A stretch of DNA of 64,000 bases from Thermoleophilaceae bacterium (GTDB lineage Bacteria > Actinomycetota > Thermoleophilia > Solirubrobacterales > Thermoleophilaceae). Location: contig DASXNY010000166.1 in assembly GCA_036494715.1 (NCBI GenBank), positions 801-64,800 on the forward strand, given 5' to 3'. A model generated the notes under the pieces. That model made no database searches. It saw only the letters and a list, made by a program, of their open reading frames with translations, and had not been told where the DNA came from. Every line of letters begins with the position of its first letter. The first letter of the stretch is position 1. The position numbers and the translations under genes were made by a program. Shown here in pieces: positions 8,929 through 17,921 of the stretch.

Positions 8929-9383
8929 ACGTCACCGAAGAGACACTGGCCCCTCAACCCCGCGTGCACACGCGCGTCTTCGACGGCCTGCGGCGGACCC
9001 ACAACTGGGTGCAGCTCGTCAAGTTCCTCTGCGTCGGCGGCACGGGCTATGCCCTCAACCTCGCCGTCTTCACGCTGCTGGCGGTCGCGCTCGACGTCAA
9101 CCACCTCGTTGCCGCCACTGTGGCGTTTATCGTCGCCGTGTTGAACAACTTCTGGCTCAACCGCCACTGGACGTTCGGTGCGGCAGATGGTCATGCCGGC
9201 TTCCAGGCGGCCCGTTTCTTCACGGTGAGCGTGGTGGCTTTCCTGTTCTCGCTCGGCGTGCTCGAGCTGCTCGTCAGCGTGGCGGGCACGCCGAAGGTGC
9301 TGGCGCAGGCGATCTCGCTGGCGCTCGCGACGCCGCTGAACTTTCTCGGGAACAAGATGTGGAGCTTCGGCCAAGGCCGCTGA
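8925..9383 (+). CDS. GtrA-family membrane protein
   Basis: ATGA overlap with the upstream gene. KFLCVGGTGYALNLAVF and NNFWLNRHWTF motifs. Four TM segments. Confidence 0.85.
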   Translation: MNVTEETLAPQPRVHTRVFDGLRRTHNWVQLVKFLCVGGTGYALNLAVFTLLAVALDVNHLVAATVAFIVAVLNNFWLNRHWTFGAADGHAGFQAARFFTVSVVAFLFSLGVLELLVSVAGTPKVLAQAISLALATPLNFLGNKMWSFGQGR

Positions 9384-11119
9384 GCCGAGGTCGACTTGCA
9401 GCGTTCGCGGCGGTAGCCGCGCTCATCGCGCTCGGCGCGTGCCCGTCGGCTCACGCCACGACCACCACCGGCAAGTCGGCGTTCCCCGCTCTCACACCGA
9501 TCCCCACGCAGGGCGACACCTCGCCCAAGGGCTACCGCCTCACGTCGCTGCAGGCGATCGACATCGCGCAGCGCGAGCCCAAGATCAGGGCCGAGATCCG
9601 GCGCCACCCGCACATGACCGTGCAGGCGTACACGGAGAACGCCGGACGCTGGCAGATCAGCTGGTTCCAGGGCGGCAAGGAGATGGCCCAGGTGATCGTG
9701 GACGATCGCTTCGGCGCCGTCACCGAGGCCTGGACCGGCTACCAGGTTGCGTGGCGGATGGCGCGCGGCTATCCCGGCGCCTTCGGGCGCGCGTTCAACG
9801 CGATCTACATCTGGCTGCCGCTCGGGCTCCTGTTCCTGCTGCCGTTCATCGACCCGCGGCGGCCCTTCCGGCTCTTGCACCTCGACCTGCTCGTGCTCGT
9901 CGGCTTCGTCGTCTCGCACCTGTTCTTCGAGCAGGGCAACATCGGCGTCTCGGTGCCGCTCGTCTATCCGGTGCTCGGCTACCTGTTCGTGCGCATGCTG
10001 CTGGCCGGCTTCCGCAAGCGCCGCGGCCCGCCGCGGGGCAAGCTCGTCCCGTTCGTCCCGATCTGGGTGCTGGCGATCGCCATCGTCGGCCTCGTGGGCT
10101 TTCGCGTCGCGCTCAACATGGCCAACTCGAACGTCGTCGACGTCGGCTACTCGGGCGTGATCGGCGCCGACCGGATCGTGCACGGCCAGCCGCTGTACAG
10201 CGGTCAGTTCCCCTCGGACAACGAGCACGGCGACACCTACGGGCCGGTCAACTACATCGCCTACATCCCGTTCGAGCGGATCTGGCCTTGGAGTGGCACC
10301 TGGAACGACCTGCCGGCGGCGCACGCGGCGGCGATCACGTTCGACCTGCTCACGCTGCTCGGGCTGTTCCTGCTCGGCAGGCGCTTGCGCGCCGGGCCCG
10401 CCGGGCGGGAGCTCGGGATCGTGCTCGCCTACGCCTGGGTGGCGTACCCCTACACGCTGTTCGCGCTCGCCAGCAACACCAACGACACGCTGGTGGCGAT
10501 GTTTGCCGTCTACGCACTCTTGGCCATCGCCTCGCCGGTGGGTCGCGGCGTGCTCACAGGGCTCGGCGCCGCCTCCAAGTTCGTGTCGCTGGCGCTGGCG
10601 CCGCTGTTCGCGCGCGGCACCGGCAAGCTCTTCAGGCGCGGCACGCTCGAGGCCGGGTTGGCGATCGCGGCGGTGTTCGTCGTGGCGTTCGCGTTCTTCA
10701 TCCCGAGCGACGGGATCTCGGCGCTCTACCACCGGACGCTCGGCTACCAGATCACGCGCCCGTCGCCGTTCAGCGTCTGGGGCCAGGTCGGCTCGCTCAA
10801 CTGGCTGCACACGGTGGTGAAGGTGATCGCCGTCGGGCTCGCGCTGATCGTCGCGTTCGTGCCGCGGCGGCGCGACCCGGTCACGATTGCGGCGCTCGGC
10901 GCGGCGATCCTGGTGGCGTTCCAGCTGGCCGCCGGCCACTGGTTCTACCTCTACATCGTCTGGTTCGCGCCCTTCGCGCTGATCGCCCTGTTCGCGCCGT
11001 ACGTGCCGGCTACCGAGCCGGAAGCAGAATCTGCTCAATCGAACGGGCTAGCCCGCCTTCGCCGGCCTCGATCGCCACTCCCATCACCCACGGGTCTTCG
11101 TCAGAGGTCTCGAACTTGA
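9359..11119 (+). CDS. large polytopic GT-C-type glycosyltransferase-like membrane protein (DUF2029/GT87-like)
   Basis: Signal-like N-terminus, more than 10 hydrophobic segments, and an extracytoplasmic loop with GDTYGPVNY. Follows gtrA with a 25-nt overlap. Confidence 0.6.
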   Translation: MELRPRPLSRGRLAAFAAVAALIALGACPSAHATTTTGKSAFPALTPIPTQGDTSPKGYRLTSLQAIDIAQREPKIRAEIRRHPHMTVQAYTENAGRWQISWFQGGKEMAQVIVDDRFGAVTEAWTGYQVAWRMARGYPGAFGRAFNAIYIWLPLGLLFLLPFIDPRRPFRLLHLDLLVLVGFVVSHLFFEQGNIGVSVPLVYPVLGYLFVRMLLAGFRKRRGPPRGKLVPFVPIWVLAIAIVGLVGFRVALNMANSNVVDVGYSGVIGADRIVHGQPLYSGQFPSDNEHGDTYGPVNYIAYIPFERIWPWSGTWNDLPAAHAAAITFDLLTLLGLFLLGRRLRAGPAGRELGIVLAYAWVAYPYTLFALASNTNDTLVAMFAVYALLAIASPVGRGVLTGLGAASKFVSLALAPLFARGTGKLFRRGTLEAGLAIAAVFVVAFAFFIPSDGISALYHRTLGYQITRPSPFSVWGQVGSLNWLHTVVKVIAVGLALIVAFVPRRRDPVTIAALGAAILVAFQLAAGHWFYLYIVWFAPFALIALFAPYVPATEPEAESAQSNGLARLRRPRSPLPSPTGLRQRSRT

Positions 11120-11786
11120 CCGGCATCATCGTCTTGAAGCGCTCGAGCACCTGCTCGCGCTTCACTCCGATCACGCCGCCGCGCGGGCCGGTCATGCCGA
11201 CGTCGCTGATGTAGGCGGTGCCGCCGGGCAGCACGCGGGCGTCGGCGGTCGGCACGTGCGTGTGCGTGCCCACGCAGGCGGTCACGCGGCCGTCGAGGTG
11301 CCAGCCCATCGCCACCTTCTCGCTCGTGGCTTCCGCGTGGAAGTCCACGAGGATCCAGTCCGCCTTGCCGCGCAGCTCCGCGATCAGTCCGTCCACCTCG
11401 CTGAACGGCGAGCGCGCAGCGTCGAGGAAGACCGTGCCGGAGAGATTCACGACGGCGAGCCTGCCGGCGTCGCTCTCGACCACCGTCATGCCGCGGCCGG
11501 GGTTGCCCTTCGGGTAGTTGGCCGGGCGCACGATGCGCTCCTCGCGGTCGAGGAACTCGTAGACGTCGCGCTGCTTGTAGGCGTGGTTGCCGAGCGTGAT
11601 CGCGCTGATCCCGTCGGCCAGCCATTCGCGCGCGATCTTCTCGGTGATGCCCAGCCCGCCGGCGGCGTTCTCTCCGTTCACCACGAGGAAGTCGGGCTCG
11701 TAGCGGCTGCGCAGCTCGGGCATCACCGCCTCGAGCGCGCGCCGGCCCGTACCGCCGACGACATCGCCGATGAACACGAGCCGCAT
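11010..11786 (-). CDS. YmdB-family metallophosphoesterase (2',3'-cyclic-nucleotide phosphodiesterase like)
   Basis: ATG at 11786. MRLVFIGDVVG...VNGENAAGG...GNH...DFHAEATSEK...GTHTHV motif series. Confidence 0.85.
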   Translation of the reverse strand: MRLVFIGDVVGGTGRRALEAVMPELRSRYEPDFLVVNGENAAGGLGITEKIAREWLADGISAITLGNHAYKQRDVYEFLDREERIVRPANYPKGNPGRGMTVVESDAGRLAVVNLSGTVFLDAARSPFSEVDGLIAELRGKADWILVDFHAEATSEKVAMGWHLDGRVTACVGTHTHVPTADARVLPGGTAYISDVGMTGPRGGVIGVKREQVLERFKTMMPVKFETSDEDPWVMGVAIEAGEGGLARSIEQILLPAR

Positions 11787-11828
11787 GACTGCGATTCTGC
11801 CAGGGCCCGCTCCACTACCGTTGAGCCG

Positions 11829-12572
11829 ATGCAGGAACCGGCCCAGGCGCCGCCCGCGGGGGCGGCCGAGCGGGGACTCGTCCTCGAGGCGCGCGACATC
11901 GTCAAGCGCTTCGGCCAACGCGAGGCGCTCAAGGGCGTGTCGCTCGAGGCGACCCGCGGTGAGCTCGTCGCGATCATCGGCCCGAACGGCGCGGGCAAGA
12001 CCACGCTCCTCTCGATCCTCGCCGGGATCCAGCGCGCCGACGGCGGCAGCGTGAGCCGCACGCCGGGCGAGGTGGGCTGGGTGCCCCAGCAGGCGGCCGT
12101 CTACGGCAAGCTCACCGTGGCCGAGAACCTGCGCCTCTTCGCCCGCCTCGAGAAGTGCGCGGACGTGGAAAGCGTGGTCGAGCGGATGCTCGCCCAGACC
12201 GGCCTCGAGGAGCGCAGCGACGATCCGGTCGCCCAGCTCTCCGGCGGCAACAAGCAGCGCGTGAACATCGCGATCGGCCTGCTGGCGGCGCCCGAGGTGC
12301 TGCTGCTCGACGAGCCGAGCGCGGCGCTCGACCCGCGCCAGCGCGAGCGCCTCTGGGAGTTCATCGGCGCGCTGGCCGCCGAGGGCACGACCGTCATCTA
12401 CTCCACCCACAACGTGCAGGAGGCCGAGCGCTACGCCGCGCAGGTGGTCGTGCTGGCCGACGGCGAGCGGCTGTTCGCGGGGTCGCCGCGCGAGCTCGAG
12501 CGCATCGTCGGCGCCATCGACCTCGACTTCGAGGCGGCCTTCGTGGCCTTCCTCCGCCAGCACGGTCACTGA
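11829..12572 (+). CDS. ABC transporter ATP-binding protein
   Basis: ATG at 11829. Walker A GPNGAGKTT, signature LSGGNKQR, Walker B LLLDEP. Confidence 0.9.
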   Translation: MQEPAQAPPAGAAERGLVLEARDIVKRFGQREALKGVSLEATRGELVAIIGPNGAGKTTLLSILAGIQRADGGSVSRTPGEVGWVPQQAAVYGKLTVAENLRLFARLEKCADVESVVERMLAQTGLEERSDDPVAQLSGGNKQRVNIAIGLLAAPEVLLLDEPSAALDPRQRERLWEFIGALAAEGTTVIYSTHNVQEAERYAAQVVVLADGERLFAGSPRELERIVGAIDLDFEAAFVAFLRQHGH

Positions 12573-12576
12573 CGCG

Positions 12577-13914
12577 ATGCGCTGGCTCTTGCTCAAGGAC
12601 CTGAAGATCCTCAAGCGCTCGCCTCTGCTCGTGGCGCTGCTCGTGCTCTACCCGATCATCATCGCGGTGCTGATCGGCTTCGCGATCTCGCGCGGGCCGG
12701 AGAAGCCCCGCGTGGCGTTTCTCAACGAGGTGCCGCCCTCGGCCAGCGTGCTCGAACTGAACGGCCAGAAGATCGACGTCTCGCAGTACGGCAGGGAGAT
12801 CTTCAGCCGCATCGACCCGGTCAACGTGAAGAGCGAGAACGAGGCGATCGCCAAGGTCAAGTCAGGCGACGTGCTCGCCGCCCTGATCATCCCCGCGGAC
12901 CTCACGCAGAAGCTCGAGGCGGGCACCGGCCCGGCCAGCGTGAGGGTCTATTACAACGCCGAGGACCCGGTCAAGGCCCGCTTCGTGCAGGACACGATCA
13001 AGGCGGAGGTACAGGACGCCAATACGGCGCTCAGCAGGCAGTTCACGAAGGTCGCGCTCAACTATCTGGACCTGATCTCCAAGGGCGGCAACATCTCGAT
13101 CTTCGGCAAGAGCTTCGACGTGCTCGGCCTGCAGAAGTCGCAGGCGATCGTCCAGGCCGCGCAGGCCTCGCTCCCGGCGGGCTCGCCGCTGCGCGACAGC
13201 CTGGGCCAGGTGGCCAACTTCGCACGCCTGGCGCGCGACAACCTCGACCTCTCGAACGGCGTGCTCGAGGCGGTGGGCACGCCGATCCGCGCGGACCAGA
13301 CGATCCTCAACGGCGGCAGGACGCCGCTCGACACCTTCGCCGTGGCCATCGCCGTGACGATCTCACTGATGTTCGTCACGCTCCTGCTCGCCTCCGGCAT
13401 CCTCGCTCTCGAGCGCGAGGAGAACGCCTTTTTGCGGCTCGTCCGCGGGCTCGTGTCGCGGACCGGGCTGCTCGTCGAGAAGGTCGGGCTCGCGGCGATC
13501 TGCGCGATCCTCGTGTCGCTGCTGATGCTCGCGGGCATCGGCCTGTTCGTGTCGCTCGAGTGGGGCCGTTTCCCGCTCTGGCTCGTGGCGCTCGTGCTCG
13601 GCGGCCTCGGCTTCGGCGCGATGGGCGTGGCGATCGGCGGCATCACGCGCGAGGTGCGCGCGGCCTCGCTGCTCGCGTTCATGCTGTCGCTGCCGATGGC
13701 CTTCCTCGCGCTCGTGCCGTCGGGCGCCGTGTCGTCGGGGCTCTACGACGTGATCAAGGTCGTGTCCGCGCTGTTCCCCTTCAAGCCCACGCTCGATGCG
13801 CTCAACTCGGCGCTCAACAAGACCGGCAGCATTGGGCTGCCGCTCCTGCACCTGGCAATCCTCACGCTCGCGTTCGGCGTGATCGCGCGCCTGTCGCTGC
13901 AGCGCTTCGCCTGA
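12577..13914 (+). CDS. ABC-2 type transporter permease with a large extracytoplasmic domain
   Basis: N-terminal TM segment, a ~230-aa soluble loop, then a C-terminal cluster of TM helices. Immediately follows the ATPase gene. Confidence 0.8.
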   Translation: MRWLLLKDLKILKRSPLLVALLVLYPIIIAVLIGFAISRGPEKPRVAFLNEVPPSASVLELNGQKIDVSQYGREIFSRIDPVNVKSENEAIAKVKSGDVLAALIIPADLTQKLEAGTGPASVRVYYNAEDPVKARFVQDTIKAEVQDANTALSRQFTKVALNYLDLISKGGNISIFGKSFDVLGLQKSQAIVQAAQASLPAGSPLRDSLGQVANFARLARDNLDLSNGVLEAVGTPIRADQTILNGGRTPLDTFAVAIAVTISLMFVTLLLASGILALEREENAFLRLVRGLVSRTGLLVEKVGLAAICAILVSLLMLAGIGLFVSLEWGRFPLWLVALVLGGLGFGAMGVAIGGITREVRAASLLAFMLSLPMAFLALVPSGAVSSGLYDVIKVVSALFPFKPTLDALNSALNKTGSIGLPLLHLAILTLAFGVIARLSLQRFA

Positions 13915-14367
13915 TCAGACGGGCAGCGGCCCGGCGCTCTTCACCGTGTGGATGGCGAAGTTGCTGCGCACGTCAGACACCCCCGCCACGCCGAGCAGCC
14001 GGTCGAGCAGAAAGCGCTCGTAGGCGCCGAGGTCCGCCACCACCACCTCGAGCAGGAAGTCGGCCTGGCCCGAGACGATGTGGCAGGCCACGACCTCTTC
14101 CATTTCCCGGAACGCCTTCTCGAGCGCGTTCGCCGTCTCGGTCGAGTGGCGCTCGACCTTGACCTCGAGGAACACGGTGAGGCCAAGGCCGACCTTGCGC
14201 CGGTCGAGCACCGCGCGGTAGCCGGCGATCAGGCCCTCGCTCTCGAGCCGCTTGAGCCGTCGCAGGCAGGGGGACGGCGACAGGTTCACGCGCTCGGCGA
14301 GCTCGACGTTGGAGACGCGACCGTCGCGCTGCAGCTCGGCAAGGATCCTGCGATCGACGCTGTCCAT
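13915..14367 (-). CDS. Lrp/AsnC-family transcriptional regulator
   Basis: MDSVDRRILAELQRDGRVSNVELAERVNLSPSPCLRRLKRLE HTH plus an AsnC ligand-binding domain. Confidence 0.9.
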   Translation of the reverse strand: MDSVDRRILAELQRDGRVSNVELAERVNLSPSPCLRRLKRLESEGLIAGYRAVLDRRKVGLGLTVFLEVKVERHSTETANALEKAFREMEEVVACHIVSGQADFLLEVVVADLGAYERFLLDRLLGVAGVSDVRSNFAIHTVKSAGPLPV

Positions 14368-14447
14368 TGGCACATCATTGCGCGAAAGGCGGCCGAAAGA
14401 GCGAGATTTGTCACCAACTGCGCTGCGAAAGGGCGGATACTTCAGAC

Positions 14448-15869
14448 GTGCTGGTTGAGCGCCACACCTGGTCGATCGAGGACTTCGAGCAGGCCGTGCG
14501 CACGGCGCTCGACAAGCTGGCGGCGTATGTCGACGCGAGCCAGCGCGGCATCCACCCTGCAGTCAGCGTGCCGCCGATCGATGAGGTGGCCGAGGCGCTC
14601 GACCTGCGCCGGCTCGTGCGCGAGGGCGGCATGGACCCCGACGGCTTCGCGAGCTTCCTCGACGGCTACCTCGAGCGCACCACGCGCATCCACCACCCGG
14701 GTTCGCTCGCGCACCAGGTGGCGCCGCCGGATCTGCCCTCGGCGCTGGCCGACTTCATCCACGGCTCGATCAACAACCCGATGGCGATCTACGAGATGGG
14801 CGCCGCCGGTGCCGCCATCGAGCTCGTGGTGCTCGGCTGGATGCTCGAGAAGGTGGGCTGGAGCAGCGCCACGAGCTCCGGCGTGCTCACCCACGGTGGC
14901 TCGCTGGCCAACCTCACGGCGCTGCTGGCCGCCCGCGCGCACGTGGCGCCCGACGCCTGGACCGAGGGCACGCCGCCCGACCTCGCCGTGTTCGCGCCGC
15001 CGTCGGCGCACTACTCGATCCGGCGCGCCGTCGGCATCCTCGGGCTGGGGGAGAACGCCGTCATCGCGCTCGAGGTCGACGAGCTCGAGCGCATCCGCGT
15101 CGACCGCCTCGCCGACGCGCTCGAGCGCGCGCGGGCCGCCGGCCGCCGGCCGATGGCGTTCGTGGCCGCCTCCTGCGCGACCTCGACCGGGCTGCACGAC
15201 GACCTGCCCGCCATTGCGGACTTCTGCGAAGAGCACGGCATCTGGCTGCACGTCGACGCCGCCCACGGCGCGTCCGCGCTGCTCTCGCCGCGCCACCGCC
15301 ACCTGCTCGACGGCATCGAGCGCGCCGACTCGCTGATCTGGGACGCGCACAAGATGCTGCGCACCTCCAGCCTCTGCGCGGCGGTGCTCATACGCCGTGG
15401 CGAGGACCTGGCGGGCGCCTTCCACCAGCAGGCGAGTTACCTCTTCTACGACGAGCAGGACAACGCCGGGGTCGACCTGCTCGCGCGCGCCGTCGAGTGC
15501 ACCAAGGGGACGCTCGGACTGAAGCTCTTCCTGAACCTCGCTTGGCGCGGCGAGGCCGGCCTCGGCGAGTACGTGGCGGGGCGCTACGAAAGCACGCTGC
15601 GCTTCTACGACCTGATCCGTGCTCGTCCCGGCTTCGAGTGCCCCTGCCGGCCCGAGAGCAACATCCTCTGCTTCCGCTGGGGGCGCGACTCCGAGCGCCA
15701 GGTGGCGATCCGCGAGCGTCTGCTCTCCGACGGCGACTTCCACCTCAGCTCCACCGAGATCGGCGGCGAGCGCTACCTGCGCATCACGGTGATGGCGCCC
15801 GCCACCGACGACGACACGATCGAGCGCCTGCTCGACGCGGTCGAGGAGGCCGATCGAGTCCTAGACTGA
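14448..15869 (+). CDS. group II pyridoxal-dependent decarboxylase
   Basis: GGSLANLTALLAAR, HVDAAHGA and WDAHKML (PLP lysine) motifs. GTG at 14448 preferred. Divergent from the Lrp gene. Confidence 0.8.
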   Translation: MLVERHTWSIEDFEQAVRTALDKLAAYVDASQRGIHPAVSVPPIDEVAEALDLRRLVREGGMDPDGFASFLDGYLERTTRIHHPGSLAHQVAPPDLPSALADFIHGSINNPMAIYEMGAAGAAIELVVLGWMLEKVGWSSATSSGVLTHGGSLANLTALLAARAHVAPDAWTEGTPPDLAVFAPPSAHYSIRRAVGILGLGENAVIALEVDELERIRVDRLADALERARAAGRRPMAFVAASCATSTGLHDDLPAIADFCEEHGIWLHVDAAHGASALLSPRHRHLLDGIERADSLIWDAHKMLRTSSLCAAVLIRRGEDLAGAFHQQASYLFYDEQDNAGVDLLARAVECTKGTLGLKLFLNLAWRGEAGLGEYVAGRYESTLRFYDLIRARPGFECPCRPESNILCFRWGRDSERQVAIRERLLSDGDFHLSSTEIGGERYLRITVMAPATDDDTIERLLDAVEEADRVLD

Positions 15870-15873
15870 CGGC

Positions 15874-16848
15874 ATGGCGTTTCCGGCCACCCGGCTGCGC
15901 AGGCTCCGGAAGACGGGCGTCCTGCGCGACATGGTGCGCGAGACCGAGCTCTCGCCGAAGCACCTCGTCTACCCGATGTTCGTCGAGCTCGGCACGGACA
16001 GCCGCACGCCGATCGAGGCGATGCCCGGCGTCGAGCGGCTGTCGATCTCGCACGCGGTCGAGGAGGCCGGCGCGGCGCACGCGCTCGGCATCCCGTCGGT
16101 GCTGCTGTTCGGGATCCCGGCCGAGAAGGACGAGCAGGGCTCCGGCGCGTACGACGAGGAGGGCGTCGTCCAGCTAGCGGTGCGCGCGATCAAGGAGGCG
16201 CATCCCGAGCTCGTCGTGATCACCGACGTGTGCCTCTGCGAGTACACCTCGCACGGGCACTGCGGCGTCGTTCGCCCTGACGGCCAGGTGGACAACGACA
16301 TGAGTCTCGAGCTGCTCGCCAAGACCGCGATCTCGCACGCCAACGCCGGCGCCGACATAGTCGCCCCGAGCGACATGATGGACGGCCGCGTCGGCGCGCT
16401 GCGCTCGCAGCTCGACGCCGAGGGTCACAGCGAGACGCCGATCATCGCCTACAGCGCCAAGTTCGCCTCGGCCTTCTACGGCCCGTTCCGCGAGGCCGCG
16501 GAGTCAACACCGGCGTTCGGCGACCGGCGCTCGTACCAGATGGATCCCGCCAACTCCCACGAGGCCGTGCGCGAGGCGCTGCTCGACGTCGAGGAGGGCG
16601 CGGACGTGGTCATGGTCAAGCCCGCGCTGCCCTACCTCGACGTGATCCGGCGCGTGAAGGACGCGACGCTGCTCCCGGTCGCGGCCTATAACGTGAGCGG
16701 CGAGTACGCGATGCTCAAGGCCGCCGCGGCCGCCGGGTACCTGGACGAGCGGGCCGCCGTGCTCGAGTCGCTCACCGGCATCCGCCGCGCGGGCGCGGAC
16801 ATCGTCATCACCTACCACGCAAAGGACGTCGCGCAGTGGCTTCAATAG
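15874..16848 (+). CDS. hemB: porphobilinogen synthase
   Basis: RLRRLR N-terminus, DVCLCEYTSHGHCG cysteine cluster, and active-site lysines in the YSAKFAS and VKPALPY contexts. Confidence 0.95.
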   Translation: MAFPATRLRRLRKTGVLRDMVRETELSPKHLVYPMFVELGTDSRTPIEAMPGVERLSISHAVEEAGAAHALGIPSVLLFGIPAEKDEQGSGAYDEEGVVQLAVRAIKEAHPELVVITDVCLCEYTSHGHCGVVRPDGQVDNDMSLELLAKTAISHANAGADIVAPSDMMDGRVGALRSQLDAEGHSETPIIAYSAKFASAFYGPFREAAESTPAFGDRRSYQMDPANSHEAVREALLDVEEGADVVMVKPALPYLDVIRRVKDATLLPVAAYNVSGEYAMLKAAAAAGYLDERAAVLESLTGIRRAGADIVITYHAKDVAQWLQ

Positions 16849-17921
16849 GCACCGGCAACTTCCAGCCCAAGACTCGTTCGCGCCGGGACGGCGCCGCCGT
16901 TCCGCTCGACGACCTCGACAAGCGGCTGCTCAACCTGATGCAGGGCAGCTTCCCGCTCGCGCCGCGCCCCTACGCGGAGGTGGCCGGGCTCGCCGAGGCG
17001 GACGAGGCGGAGGTGCTGCGCCGTATCGAGCGCCTGCTGCGCGAGCGCATCATCCGTCAGGTCACGCCGATCTTCGACACGCGCGTGCTCGGCTACAAGT
17101 CGATGCTCGTCGCCGCCAGGGTCGACCCGGAGAACCCGCACCGCGCCGCCGGCATCGTCAACTCGCACCCGGGCGTCTCGCACAACTACCTGCGCAACCA
17201 CGACTTCAACATGTGGTTCACGATCGCGGTGGAGCCCGACTCGAAGCTCGGCCTCGAGGGCACGCTCGAAGTGATCCAGCGCGAGACGGGCGCCGACTCG
17301 ATCCGCCAGCTGCCCACCCTGCGCCTGTTCAAGATTCGCATGGACCTCGAGATGGAGGAGGGCACGGAGGCGCTCCAGCAAGCCGCCGCGGACAGCGAGT
17401 ACCGCGAGCCCGAGCCGATCGAGCTCGAGGAGCTGGACGTCGCCGTGATCAAGACGCTGCAGGGCGACCTGCCGGTGGTCGAGGAGCCATACGCGCCCGC
17501 CGCCGCCAAGCTCGGCATCTCGCAGGCAGCGCTGCTCGGCCACCTCGAGTCGATGCAGGAGCGCCGGGCGCTGCGCCGCGTGGCCGCGATCCTCTACCAC
17601 CGCCGCGCCGGCTACTCGGCCAACGGCATGGGCGTCTGGCGCGTGCCGGACGAGCGCATCCTCGAGCTCGGCCCGCTGATGGCGTCCTTCCGCGGCATCT
17701 CCCACTGTTACCAGCGGCCCACCTACCAGGACTGGCCCTACTCGGTCTTCACGATGGCCCACGGTCGCTCCAAGGAGGAGTGCGACGCGATCCTCGACTC
17801 GATCGGGGAGCGGACCGGCATCGACGAGCGCGCGACCCTCTACAGCTCGACGGAGTTCAAGAAGATCCGCCTCCTCTACTTCACGGACGACTACCGGCGC
17901 TGGGAGGCTGAGCACTCCTGA
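16836..17921 (+). CDS. ahbAB: fused siroheme decarboxylase-like protein (AhbA/AhbB = NirD/L/G/H family, two tandem modules)
   Basis: Two AsnC-like modules. Module 1 carries HPGVSHNYLRNHDFNMWF; module 2 carries ISHCYQRPTYQDWPYSVFTMAHG. GTG start overlaps the hemB end. Confidence 0.78.
   Translation: MASIGTGNFQPKTRSRRDGAAVPLDDLDKRLLNLMQGSFPLAPRPYAEVAGLAEADEAEVLRRIERLLRERIIRQVTPIFDTRVLGYKSMLVAARVDPENPHRAAGIVNSHPGVSHNYLRNHDFNMWFTIAVEPDSKLGLEGTLEVIQRETGADSIRQLPTLRLFKIRMDLEMEEGTEALQQAAADSEYREPEPIELEELDVAVIKTLQGDLPVVEEPYAPAAAKLGISQAALLGHLESMQERRALRRVAAILYHRRAGYSANGMGVWRVPDERILELGPLMASFRGISHCYQRPTYQDWPYSVFTMAHGRSKEECDAILDSIGERTGIDERATLYSSTEFKKIRLLYFTDDYRRWEAEHS

Noticed and set aside
9191-11038. 615-aa ORF on the - strand. 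Similar very long ORFs: 860-2083 (-), 1356-2375 (-), 33618-35534 (+), 35522-36979 (+), 42888-44636 (+), 44201-45334 (+), 54599-56773 (+), 49396-50187 (+).
   Set aside because: All lie antisense or out of frame to genes with clear family motifs. Their translations are Arg/Ala/Pro/Gly/Asp-rich low-complexity strings with no recognisable domains. This is the expected stop-codon-poor artefact of very GC-rich DNA.
16836-17921. Interpreting the two-module AsnC-like protein as an ordinary duplicated Lrp/AsnC transcription factor.
   Set aside because: The SHNYxR...NMWF and SHCYQRP...WPYSVF...HG signatures, the tandem-module architecture, and the position between hemB and hemL fit siroheme-decarboxylase subunits better. 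A regulatory role is not formally excluded.
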